A stretch of 64,000 nt of DNA from Eledone cirrhosa (taxonomy: Eukaryota), in NCBI GenBank assembly GCA_964016885.1, contig OZ024744.1, positions 1,736,001 to 1,800,000 on the forward strand. Reading direction: 5' to 3'. Below are positions 14,301 through 27,500 of the stretch, piece after piece (position 1 is the first letter of the stretch; each line of letters begins with the position of its first letter). A program made the position numbers and the translations under genes. The notes beneath the pieces were generated by a model that had not been told where the DNA came from, ran no database searches, and saw only the letters and a program-made list of their open reading frames with translations.

Positions 14301-17300
14301 TCTTTCTCTAGCTTGTCTTCACACAAAACTTCGTTCTTCACCAAGCTATCTTTCTCTACCTTGTCTTCCCACAAAACGTCATTCTTCACCAAGCTATCTT
14401 TCTCTACCTTGTCTTCCGTCGAAACTTCGTTCTTCACCAAGATATCTTTCTCTACCTTGTTTTCTCCCAAAACTTCGTTCTTCACCAAGCTATCTTTCTC
14501 TACCTTGTCTTCCCTCAGAACATCGTTCTTCATCCAAGCTATCTTTCTCTACCTTGTCTTCCCTCAAAACGTCGTTCTTCACCAAGCTATCTTTCTCTAC
14601 CTTGTCTTCCCTCAAAACTTCGTTCTTCACCAAGCTATCTTTCTCTACCTTGTCTTCCCCCAAAACTTCGTTCTTCACCAAGCTATCTTTCTCTACCTTG
14701 TCTTCCCCCAAAACTTCTTTCTTCACCAAGTCATCTTTCTCTACCTTGTCATCCCTCAAAACTTCGTTCTTCACCAATCTATCTTTCTCTGCCTTGTCTT
14801 CCCCCAAAACTTCGTTCTTCACCAAGCTATCTTTCTCTACCTTGTCTTCACACAAAACTTCGTTCTTCACCAAGCTATCTTTCTCTACCTTGTCTTCCCA
14901 CAAAACGTCATTCTTCACCAAGCTATCTTTCTCTACCTTGTCTTCCGTCAAAACTTCGTTCTTCACCAAGATATCTTTCTCTACCTTGTCTTCTCCCAAA
15001 ACTTCGTTCTTCACCAAGCTATCTTTCTCTACCTTGTCTTCCCTCAGAACTTCGTTCTTCACCAAGCTATCTTTCTCTACCTTGTCTTCCCCAAAAACTT
15101 CGTTCTTCACCAAGCTATCTTTCTCTACATTGTCTTCCCCAAAACATCGTTCTTCACCAAGCTATCTTTCTCTACCTTGTCTTTCATCAAAACGTCGTTC
15201 TTCACCAAGCTCTCTTTCTCTACCTTGTCTTCCCCCAAAACTTCGTTCTTCACCAAGCTATCTTTCTCTACCTCGTCTTCCCTCAAAACTTCGTTCTTCA
15301 CCAAGCTATCTTTCTCTACCTTGTCTTCCCACAAAACGTCATTCTTCACCAAGCTATCTTTCTCTAACTTGTCTTCCCTCAAAACGTCGTTCTTCACCAA
15401 GCTATCTTTCTCTACCTTGTCTTCCCCCAAAACTTCGTTCTTCACCAAGCTATCTTTCTCTACCTTGTCTTCCCCCAAAACTTCGTTCTTCGCAAGCTAT
15501 CTTTCTCTACCTTGTCTTCCCCCAAAACTTCGTTCTTCAGCAAGCTATCTTTCTCTACCTTGTCTTCCCACAAAACGTCGTTCTTCACCAAGCTATCTTT
15601 CTCTACCTTGTCTTCCCTCAAAACGTCGTTCTTCACCAAGCTATCTTTCTCTACCTTGTCTTCCCTCAAAACATCGTTCTTCACCAAGCTATCTTTCTCT
15701 ACCTTGTCTTCTCCCAAAACTTCGTTATTCACCAAGCTATCTTTCTCTACCTTGTCTTCCCTCAAAACTTCGTTCTTCACCAAGCTATCTTTCTCTACCT
15801 TGTCTTCCCTCAAAACGTCGTTCTTCACCAAGCTATCTTTCTCTACCTTGTCTTCCCCCAAAACTTCGTTCTTCACCAAGCTATCTTTCTCTACCTCGTC
15901 TTCCCTCAAAACTTCGTTCTTCACCAAGCTATCTTTCTCTACCTTGTCTTCCCACAAAACGTCATTCTTCACCAAGCTATCTTTCTCTAACTTGTCTTCC
16001 CTCAAAACGTCGTTCTTCACCAAGCTATCTTTCTCTACCTTGTCTTCCCCCAAAACTTCGTTCTTCACCAAGCTATCTTTCTCTACCTTGTCTTCCCCCA
16101 AAACTTCGTTCTTCGCAAGCTATCTTTCTCTACCTTGTCTTCCCCCAAAACTTCGTTCTTCAGCAAGCTATCTTTCTCTACCTTGTCTTCCCACAAAACG
16201 TCGTTCTTCACCAAGCTATCTTTCTCTACCTTGTCTTCCCTCAAAACGTCGTTCTTCACCAAGCTATCTTTCTCTACCTTGTCTTCCCTCAAAACATCGT
16301 TCTTCACCAAGCTATCTTTCTCTACCTTGTCTTCTCCCAAAACTTCGTTATTCACCAAGCTATCTTTCTCTACCTTGTCTTCCCTCAAAACTTCGTTCTT
16401 CACCAAGCTATCTTTCTCTACCTTGTCTTCCCCCAAAACTTCGTTCTTCACCAAGCTATCTTTCTCTACCTTGTCTTCCCCCAAAACTTCGTTCTTCACC
16501 AAGCTATCTTTCTCTAGCTTGTCTTCACACAAAACTTCGTTCTTCACCAAGCTATCTTTCTCTACCTTGTCTTCCCACAAAACGTCATTCTTCACCAAGC
16601 TATCTTTCTCTACCTTGTCTTCCGTCGAAACTTCGTTCTTCACCAAGATATCTTTCTCTACCTTGTTTTCTCCCAAAACTTCGTTCTTCACCAAGCTATC
16701 TTTCTCTACCTTGTCTTCCCTCAGAACATCGTTCTTCATCCAAGCTATCTTTCTCTACCTTGTCTTCCCTCAAAACGTCGTTCTTCACCAAGCTATCTTT
16801 CTCTACCTTGTCTTCCCTCAAAACTTCGTTCTTCACCAAGCTATCTTTCTCTACCTTGTCTTCCCCCAAAACTTCGTTCTTCACCAAGCTATCTTTCTCT
16901 ACCTTGTCTTCCCCCAAAACTTCTTTCTTCACCAAGTCATCTTTCTCTACCTTGTCATCCCTCAAAACTTCGTTCTTCACCAATCTATCTTTCTCTGCCT
17001 TGTCTTCCCCCAAAACTTCGTTCTTCACCAAGCTATCTTTCTCTACCTTGTCTTCACACAAAACTTCGTTCTTCACCAAGCTATCTTTCTCTACCTTGTC
17101 TTCCCACAAAACGTCATTCTTCACCAAGCTATCTTTCTCTACCTTGTCTTCCGTCAAAACTTCGTTCTTCACCAAGATATCTTTCTCTACCTTGTCTTCT
17201 CCCAAAACTTCGTTCTTCACCAAGCTATCTTTCTCTACCTTGTCTTCCCTCAGAACTTCGTTCTTCACCAAGCTATCTTTCTCTACCTTGTCTTCCCCAA

Positions 17301-17472
17301 AAACTTCGTTCTTCACCAAGCTATCTTTCTCTACATTGTCTTCCCCAAAACATCGTTCTTCACCAAGCTATCTTTCTCTACCTTGTCTTTCATCAAAACG
17401 TCGTTCTTCACCAAGCTCTCTTTCTCTACCTTGTCTTCCCCCAAAACTTCGTTCTTCACCAAGCTATCTTTC
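11355..17472. repeat. Higher-order repeat, period 2206 bp (46 monomers), about 2.8 tandem copies
   Basis: The +1 insertion monomer TTCATCCAAG occurs at 12327, 14533 and 16739. Identical ORFs have left ends at 11671/13877/16083, 12284/14490/16696, 12919/15125 and 13254/15460, all spaced 2206 bp. Confidence 0.93.
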
Positions 17473-20400
17473 ACGACCTTGTCTTCCCCCAAAACTTCGT
17501 TCTTCACCAAGCTATCTTTCTCTACCTTGTCTTCCCACAAAACGTCGTTCTTCACCAAGCTATCTTTCTCTACCTTGTCTTCCCTCAAAACGTCGTTCTT
17601 CACCAAGCTATCTTTCTCTACCTTGTCTTCCCTCAAAACATCGTTCTTCACCAAGCTATCTTTCTCTACCTTGTCTTCCCTCAAAACTTCGTTCTTCACC
17701 AAGCTATCTTTCTCTACCTTGTCTTCCCCCAAAACTTCGTTCTTCACCAAGCTATCTTTCTCTACCTTGTATTCTCCCAAAACTTCGTTATTCACCAAGC
17801 TATCTTTCTCTACCTTGTCTTCCCTCAAAACTTCGTTCTTCACCAAGCTATCTTTCTCTACCTTGTCTTCCCCCAAAACTTCGTTCTTCACCAAGTCATC
17901 TTTCTCTACCTTGTCATCCCTCAAAACTTCGTTCTTCACCAAGCTATCTTTCTCTACCTCGTCTTCCCTCAAAACTTTGTTCTTCACCAAGCTATCTTTC
18001 TCTACCTCGTCTTCCCTCAAAACTTCGTTCTTCACCAAGCTATCTTTCTCTACCTTGTCTTCCCCTAAAACTTCGTTCTTCACCAAGCTATCTTTCTCTA
18101 ACTTGTCTTCCCCCAAAACTTCGTTCTTCACCAAGCTATCTTTCTCTACCTTGTCTTCCCCCAAAACTTCGTTCTTCACCAAGCTATCTTTCTCTACCTT
18201 GTCTTCCCTCAAAACGTCGTTCTTCACCAAGCTATCTTTCTCTACCTTGTCTTCCCCCAAAACTTCGTTCTTCACCAAGCTATCTTTCTCTACCTCGTCT
18301 TCCCTCAAAACTTCGTTCTTCACCAAGCTATCTTTCTCTACCTTGTCTTCCCCCAAAACTTCGTTCTTCAGCAAGCTATCTTTCTCTACCTTGTCTTCCC
18401 ACAAAACGTCGTTCTTCACCAAGCTATCTTTCTCTACCTTGTCTTCCCTCAAAACGTCGTTCTTCACCAAGCTATCTTTCTCTACCTTGTCTTCCCTCAA
18501 AACATCGTTCTTCACCAAGCTATCTTTCTCTACCTTGTCTTCTCCCAAAACTTCGTTATTCACCAAGCTATCTTTCTCTACCTTGTCTTCCCTCAAAACT
18601 TCGTTCTTCACCAAGCTATCTTTCTCTACCTTGTCTTCCCCCAAAACTTCGTTCTTCACCAAGCTATCTTTCTCTACCTTGTCTTCCCCCAAAACTTCGT
18701 TCTTCACCAAGCTATCTTTCTCTAGCTTGTCTTCACACAAAACTTCGTTCTTCACCAAGCTATCTTTCTCTACCTTGTCTTCCCACAAAACGTCATTCTT
18801 CACCAAGCTATCTTTCTCTACCTTGTCTTCCGTCGAAACTTCGTTCTTCACCAAGATATCTTTCTCTACCTTGTTTTCTCCCAAAACTTCGTTCTTCACC
18901 AAGCTATCTTTCTCTACCTTGTCTTCCCTCAGAACATCGTTCTTCATCCAAGCTATCTTTCTCTACCTTGTCTTCCCTCAAAACGTCGTTCTTCACCAAG
19001 CTATCTTTCTCTACCTTGTCTTCCCTCAAAACTTCGTTCTTCACCAAGCTATCTTTCTCTACCTTGTCTTCCCCCAAAACTTCGTTCTTTACCAAGCTAT
19101 CTTTCTCTACCTTGTCTTCCCCCAAAACTTCTTTCTTCACCAAGTCATCTTTCTCTACCTTGTCATCCCTCAAAACTTCGTTCTTCACCAATCTATCTTT
19201 CTCTGCCTTGTCTTCCCCCAAAACTTCGTTCTTCACCAAGCTATCTTTCTCTACCTTGTCTTCACACAAAACTTCGTTCTTCACCAAGCTATCTTTCTCT
19301 ACCTTGTCTTCCCACAAAACGTCATTCTTCACCAAGCTATCTTTCTCTACCTTGTCTTCCGTCAAAACTTCGTTCTTCACCAAGATATCTTTCTCTACCT
19401 TGTCTTCTCCCAAAACTTCGTTCTTCACCAAGCTATCTTTCTCTACCTTGTCTTCCCTCAGAACTTCGTTCTTCACCAAGCTATCTTTCTCTACCTTGTC
19501 TTCCCCAAAAACTTCGTTCTTCACCAAGCTATCTTTCTCTACATTGTCTTCCCCAAAACATCGTTCTTCACCAAGCTATCTTTCTCTACCTTGTCTTTCA
19601 TCAAAACGTCGTTCTTCACCAAGCTCTCTTTCTCTACCTTGTCTTCCCCCAAAACTTCGTTCTTCACCAAGCTATCTTTCACGACCTTGTCTTCCCCCAA
19701 AACTTCGTTCTTCACCAAGCTATCTTTCTCTACCTTGTCTTCCCACAAAACGTCGTTCTTCACCAAGCTATCTTTCTCTACCTTGTCTTCACTCAAAACG
19801 TCGTTCTTCACCAAGCTATCTTTCTCTACCTTGTCTTCCCTCAAAACATCGTTCTTCACCAAGCTATCTTTCTCTACCTTGTCTTCCCTCAAAACTTCGT
19901 TCTTCACCAAGCTATCTTTCTCTACCTTGTCTTCCCCCAAAACTTCGTTCTTCACCAAGCTATCTTTCTCTACCTTGTATTCTCCCAAAACTTCGTTATT
20001 CACCAAGCTATCTTTCTCTACCTTGTCTTCCCTCAAAACTTCGTTCTTCACCAAGCTACCTTTCTCTACCTTGTCTTCCCCCAAAACTTCGTTCTTCACC
20101 AAGTCATCTTTCTCTACCTTGTCATCCCTCAAAACTTTGTTCTTCACCAATCTATCTTTCTCTACCTTGTCTTCCCCCAAAACTTCGTTCTTCACCAAGC
20201 TATCTTTCTCTACCTTGTCTTCCCCCAAAACTTCGTTCTTCACCAAGCTATCTTTCTCTACCTTGTCTTCCCCCAAAACTTCGTTCTTCACCAAGCTATC
20301 TTTCTCTACCTTGTCTTCCCCCAAAACTTCTTTCTTCACCAAGTCATCTTTCTCTACCTTGTCATCCCTCAAAACTTCGTTCTTCACCAATCTATCTTTC

Positions 20401-23400
20401 TCTGCCTTGTCTTCCCCCAAAACTTCGTTCTTCACCAAGCTATCTTTCTCTAGCTTGTCTTCACACAAAACTTCGTTCTTCACCAAGCTATCTTTCTCTA
20501 CCTTGTCTTCCCACAAAACGTCATTCTTCACCAAGCTATCTTTCTCTACCTTGTCTTCCGTCAAAACTTCGTTCTTCACCAAGTCATCTTTCTCTACCTT
20601 GTCATCCCTCAAAACTTTGTTCTTCACCAATCTATCTTTCTCTACCTTGTCTTCCCCCAAAACTTCGTTCTTCACCAAGCTATCTTTCTCTACCTTGTCT
20701 TCCCTCAAAACTTCGTTCTTCACCAAGCTATCTTTCTCTACCTTGTCTTCCCCCAAAACTTCGTTCTTCACCAAGCTATCTTTCTCTACCTTGTCTTCCC
20801 CCAAAACTTCTTTCTTCACCAAGTCATCTTTCTCTACCTTGTCATCCCTCAAAACTTCGTTCTTCACCAATCTATCTTTCTCTGCCTTGTCTTCCCCCAA
20901 AACTTCGTTCTTCACCAAGCTATCTTTCTCTACCTTGTCTTCACACAAAACTTCGTTCTTCACCAAGCTATCTTTCTCTACCTTGTCTTCCCACAAAACG
21001 TCATTCTTCACCAAGCTATCCTTCTCTACCTTGTCTTCCGTCAAAACTTCGTTCTTCACCAAGATATCTTTCTCTACCTTGTCTTCTCCCAAAACTTCGT
21101 TCTTCACCAAGCTATCTTTCTCTACCTTGTCTTCCCTCAGAACTTCGTTCTTCACCAAGCTATCTTTCTCTACCTTGTCTTCCCCCAAAACTTCGTTCTT
21201 CACCAAGCTATCTTTCTCTACATTGTCTTCCCCAAAACTTCGTTCTTCACCAAGCTATCTTTCTCTACCTTGTCTTTCATCAAAACGTCGTTCTTCACCA
21301 AGCTCTCTTTCTCTACCTTGTCTTCCCCCAAAACTTCGTTCTTCACCAAGCTATCTTTCTCTACCTTGTCTTCCCCCAAAACTTCGTTCTTCACCAAGCT
21401 ATCTTTCTCTACCTTGTCTTCCCACAAAACGTCGTTCTTCACCAAGCTATCTTTCTCTACATTGTCTTCCCTCAAAACGTCGTTCTTCACCAAGCTATCT
21501 TTCTCTACCTTGTCTTCCCTCAAAACATCGTTCTTCACCAAGCTATCTTTCTCTACCTTGTCTTCCCTCAAAACTTCGTTCTTCACCAAGCTATCTTTCT
21601 CTACCTTGTCTTCCCCCAAAACTTCGTTCTTCACCAAGCTATCTTTCTCTACCTTGTCTTCTCCCAAAACTTCGTTATTCACCAAGCTATCTTTCTCTAC
21701 CTTGTCTTCCCTCAAAACTTCGTTCTTCACCAAGCTATCTTTCTCTACCTTGTCTTCCCCCAAAACTTCGTTCTTCACCAAGTCATCTTTCTCTACCTTG
21801 TCATCCCTCAAAACTTTGTTCTTCACCAATCTATCTTTCTCTACCTTGTCTTCCCCCAAAACTTCGTTCTTCACCAAGCTATCTTTCTCTAGCTTGTCTT
21901 CACACAAAACTTCGTTCTTCACCAAGCTATCTTTCTCTACCTTGTCTTCCCACAAAACGTCATTCTTCACCAAGCTATCTTTCTCTACCTTGTCTTCCGT
22001 CAAAACTTCGTTCTTCACCAAGATATCTTTCTCTACCTTGTCTCCTCCCAAAACTTCGTTCTTCACCAAGCTATCTTTCTCTACCTTGTCTTCCCTCAGA
22101 ACTTCGTTCTTCACCAAGCTATCTTTCTCTACCTTGTCTTCCCCCAAAACTTCGTTCTTCACCAAGCTATCTTTCTCTACATTGTCTTCCCCAAAACTTC
22201 GTTCTTCACCAAGCTATCTTTCACGACCTTGTCTTCCCTCAAAACGTCGTTCTTCACCAAGCTATCTTTCTCTACCTTGTCTTCCCCCAAAACTTCGTTC
22301 TTCACCAAGCTATCTTTCTCTACCTTGTCTTCCCCCAAAACTTCGTTCTTCACCAAGCTATCTTTCTCTACTTCGTCTTCCCTCAAAACTTTGTTCTTCA
22401 CCAAGCTATCTTTCTCTACCTTGTCTTCCCCCAAAACTTCGTTCTTCACCAAGCTATCTTTCTCTACCTTGTCTTCCCCCAAAACTTCGTTCTTCACCAA
22501 GCTATCTTTCTCTACCTTGTCTTCCCACAAAACTTCGTTCTTCACCAAGCTATCTTTCTCTACCTTGTCTTCCCACAAAACGTCGTTCTTCACCAAGCTA
22601 TCTTTCTCTACCTTGTCTTCCCTCAAAACGTCGTTCTTCACCAAGCTATCTTTCTCTACCTTGTCTTCCCCCAAAACTTCGTTCTTCACCAAGCTATCTT
22701 TCTCTACCTTGTCTTCCCCCAAAACTTCGTTCTTCGCAAGCTATCTTTCTCTACCTTGTCTTCCCCCAAAACTTCGTTCTTCACCAAGCTATCTTTCTCT
22801 ACCTTGTCTTCCCACAAAACGTCGTTCTTCACCAAGCTATCTTTTTCTACCTTGTCTTCCCTCAAAACGTCGTTCTTCACCAAGCTATCTTTCTCTACCT
22901 TGTCTTCCCTCAGAACTTCGTTCTTCACCAAGCTATCTTTCTCTACCTTGTCTTCCCACAAAACTTCGTTCTTCACCAAGCTATCTTTCTCTACATTGTC
23001 TTCCCCAAAACTTCGTTCTTCACCAAGCTATCTTTCTCTACCTTGTCTTCCCTCAAAACGTCGTTCTTCACCAAGCTATCTTTCTCTACCTTGTCTTCCC
23101 CCAAAACTTCGTTCTTCACCAAGCTATCTTTCTCTACCTTGTCTTCCCCCAAAACTTCGTTCTTCACCAAGTCATCTTTCTCTACCTTGTCATCCCACAA
23201 AACGTCGTTCTTCACCAAGCTATCTTTCTCTATTTTGTCTTCCCTCAAAACGTCGTTCTTCACCAAGCTATCTTTCTCGACCTTGTCTTCTCCCAAAACT
23301 TCGTTATTCACCAAGCTATCTTTCTCTACCTTGTCTTCCCTCAAATCTTCGTTCTTCACCAAGCTATCTTTCTCTACCTTGTCTTCCCCCAAAACTTTGT

Positions 23401-24571
23401 TCTTCACCAAGCTATCTTTCTCTACCTTGTCTTCCCCCAAAACTTCGTTCTTCACCAAGCTATCTTTCTCTACCTTGTCTTCCCACAAAACTTCGTTCTT
23501 CACCAAGCTATCTTTCTCTACCTTGTCTTCCCACAAAACGTCGTTCTTCACCAAGCTATCTTTCTCTACCTTGTCTTCCCTCAAAACTTCGTTCTTCACC
23601 AAGCTATCTTTCTCTACCTTGTCTTCCCCCAAAACTTCGTTCTTCACCAAGCTATCTTTCTCTACCTTGTCTTCCCTCAAAACTTCGTTATTCACCAAGC
23701 TATCTTTCTCTACCTTGTCTTCCCACAAAACGTCATTCTTCACCAAGCTATCTTTCTCTACCTTGTCTTCCGTCAAACCTTCGTTCTTCACCAAGCTATC
23801 TTTCTCTACCTTGTCTTCCCTCAAAACGTCGTTCTTCACCAAGCTATCTTTCTCTACCTTGTCCTCCCACAAAACTTCGTTCTTCACCAAGCTATCTTTC
23901 TCTACCTTGTCTTCCCCCAAAACTTCGTTCTTCGCAAGCTATCTTTCTCTACCTTGTCTTCCCACAAAACGTCGTTCTTCACCAAGCTATCTTTCTCTAC
24001 CTTGTCTTCCCTCAGAACTTCGTTCTTCACCAAGCTATCTTTCTCTACCTTGTCTTCCCCCAAAACTTCGTTCTTCACCAAGCTATCTTTCTCTACATTG
24101 TCTTCCCCAAAACTTCGTTCTTCACCAAGCTATCTTTCTCTACCTTGTCTTCCCTCAAAACGTCGTTCTTCACCAAGCTATCTTTCTCTACCTTGTCTTC
24201 CCCCAAAACTTCGTTCTTCACCAAGCTATCTTTCTCTACCTTGTCTTCCCCCACAACTTCGTTCTTCACCAAGTCATCTTTCTCTACCTTGTCATCCCAC
24301 AAAACGTCGTTCTTCACCAAGCTATCTTTCTCTATTTTGTCTTCCCTCAAAACGTCGTTCTTCACCAAGCTATCTTTCTCTACCTTGTCTTCCCACAAAA
24401 TGTCATTCTTCACCAAGCTATCTTTCTCTACCTTGTCTTCCGTCAAACCTTCGTTCTTCACCAAGCTATCTTTCTCTACCTTGTCTTCCCTCAAAACGTC
24501 GTTCTTCACCAAGCTATCTTTCTCTACCTTGTCCTCCCACAAAACTTCGTTCTTCACCAAGCTATCTTTCT

Positions 24572-27500
24572 CTACCTTGTCTTCCCCCAAAACTTCGTTC
24601 TTCCCAAGCTATCTTTCTCTACCTTGTCTTCCGTCAAAACTTCGTTCTTCACCAAGATATCTTTCTCTACCTTGTCTTCCCACAAAACGTCGTTCTTCAC
24701 CAAGCTATCTTTCTCTACCTTGTCTTCCCTCAGAACTTCGTTCTTCACCAAGCTATCTTTCTCTACCTTGTCTTCCCCCAAAACTTCGTTCTTCACCAAG
24801 CTATCTTTCTCTACCTTGTCTTCCCTCAAAACGTCGTTCTTCACCAAGCTATCTTTCTCTACCTTGTCTTCCCCCAAAACTTCGTTCTTCACCAGGCTAT
24901 CTTTCTCTACCTTGTCTTCCCCCACAACTTCGTTCTTCACCAAGTCATCTTTCTCTACCTTGTCATCCCACAAAACGTCGTTCTTCACCAAGCTATCTTT
25001 CTCTATTTTGTCTTCCCTCAAAACGTCGTTCTTCACCAAGCTATCTTTCTCTACCTTGTCTTCCCTCAAAATTTCGTTCTTCACCAAGCTATCTTTCTCG
25101 ACCTTGTCTTCTCCCAAAACTTCGTTATTCACCAAGCTATCTTTCTCTACCTTGTCTTCCCTCAAAACTTCGTTCTTCACCAAGCTATCTTTCTCTACCT
25201 TGTCTTCCCCCAAAACTTCGTTCTTCACCAAGCTATCTTTCTCTACCTTGTCTTCTCCCAAAACTTCGTTATTCACCAAGCTATCTTTCTCTACCTTGTC
25301 TTCCCCCAAAACTTCGTTCTTCACCAAGCTATCTTTCTCTACCTTGTCTTCCCCCAAAACTTCGTTCTTCACCAAGCTATCTTTCTCTACATTGTCTTCC
25401 CACAAAACTTCGTTCTTCACCAAGCTATCTTTCTCTACCTTGTCTTCCCACAAAACGTCGTTCTTCACCAAGCTATCTTTCTCTACCTTGTCTTCCCTCA
25501 AAACGTCGTTCTTCACCAAGCTATCTTTCTCTACCTTGTCTTCCCCCAAAACTTCGTTCTTCACCAAGCTATCTTTCTCTACCTTGTCTTCCCCCAAAAC
25601 TTCGTTCTTCGCAAGCTATCTTTCTCTACCTTGTCTTCCCCCAAAACTTCGTTCTTCACCAAGCTATCTTTCTCTACCTTGTCTTCCCACAAAACGTCGT
25701 TCTTCACCAAGCTATCTTTTTCTACCTTGTCTTCCCTCAAAACGTCGTTCTTCACCAAGCTATCTTTCTCTACCTTGTCTTCCCTCAAAACATCGTTCTT
25801 CACCAAGCTATCTTTCTCTACCTTGTCTTCTCCCAAAACTTCGTTATTCACCAAGCTATCTTTCTCTACCTTGTCTTCCCTCAAAACTTCGTTCTCCACC
25901 AAGCTATCTTTCTCTACTTTGTCTTCCCCAAAAACTTCGTTCTTCACCAAGCTATCTTTCTCTACCTTGTCTTCCCCCAAAACTTCGTTCTTCACCAAGC
26001 TATCTTTCTCTAGCTTGTCTTCACACAAAACTTCGTTCTTCACCAAGCTATCTTTCTCTACCTTGTCTTCCCACAAAACGTCATTCTTCACCAAGCTATC
26101 TTTCTCTACCTTGTCTTCCGTCAAAACTTCGTTCTTCACCAAGATATCTTTCTCTACCTTGTCTTCTCCCAAAACTTCGTTCTTCACCAAGCTATCTTTC
26201 CCTACCTTGTCTTCCCTCAGAACTTCGTTCTTCAACAAGCTATCTTTCTCTACCTTGTCTTCCCCCCAAACTTCGTTCTTCACCAAGCTATCTTTCTCTA
26301 CATTGTCCTCCCCAAAACTTCGTTCTTCACCAAGCTATCTTTCTCTACCTTGTCTTCCCTCAAAACGTCGTTCTTCACCAAGCTATCTTTCTCTACCTTG
26401 TCTTCTCCCAAAACTTCGTTATTCACCAAGCTATCTTTCTCTACCTTGTCTTCCCTCAAACCTTCGTTCTTCACCAAGCTATCTTTCTCTACCTTGTCTT
26501 CCGTCAAAACTTCGTTCTTCACCAAGATATCTTTCTCTACCTTGTCTTCCCACAAAACGTCGTTCTTCACCAAGCTATCTTTCTCTACCTTGTCTTCCCT
26601 CAGAACTTCGTTCTTCACCAAGCTATCTTTCTCTACCTTGTCTTCCCCCAAAACTTCGTTCTTCACCAAGCTATCTTTCTCTACCTTGTCTTCCCTCAAA
26701 ACGTCGTTCTTCACCAAGCTATCTTTCTCTACCTTGTCTTCCCCCAAAACTTCGTTCTTCACCAAGCTATCTCTCTCTACATTGTCTTCCCCAAAACTTC
26801 GTTCTTCACCAAGCTATCTTTCTCTACCTTGTCTTCCCCCAAAACTTCGTTGTTCACCAAGCTATCTTTCTCTACCTTGTCTTCCCCCAAAACTTCGTTA
26901 TTCACCAAGCTATCTTTCTCTACCTTGTCTTCCCCCAAAACTTCGTTCTTCACCAATCTATCTTTCTCTACCTTGTCTTCCCCCAAAACTTCGTTCTTCA
27001 CCAAGCTATCTTTCTCTACCTTGTCTTCCCACAAAACTTCGTTCTTCACCAAGCTATCTTTCTCTGCCTTCTCTTCCCTCAAAACGTCGTTCTTCACCAA
27101 GCTATCTTTCTCTACCTTGTCTTCTCCCAAAACTTCGTTATTCACCAAGCTATCTTTCTCTACCTTGTCTTCCCTCAAACCTTCGTTCTTCACCAAGCTA
27201 TCTTTCTCTACCTTGTCTTCCCCCAAAACTTCGTTCTTCACCAAGCTATCTTTCTCTACATTGTCTTCCCCAAAACTTCGTTCTTCACCAAGCTATCTTT
27301 CTCTACCTTGTCTTCCCCCAAAACTTCGTTGTTCACCAAGCTATCTTTCTCTACCTTGTCTTCCCCCAAAACTTCGTTCTTCACCAAGCTATCTTTCTCT
27401 ACCTTGTCTTCCCCCAAAACTTCGTTCTTCACCAAGCTATCTTTCTCTACCTTGTCTTCCCACAAAACTTCGTTCTTCACCAAGCTATCTTTCTCTACCT

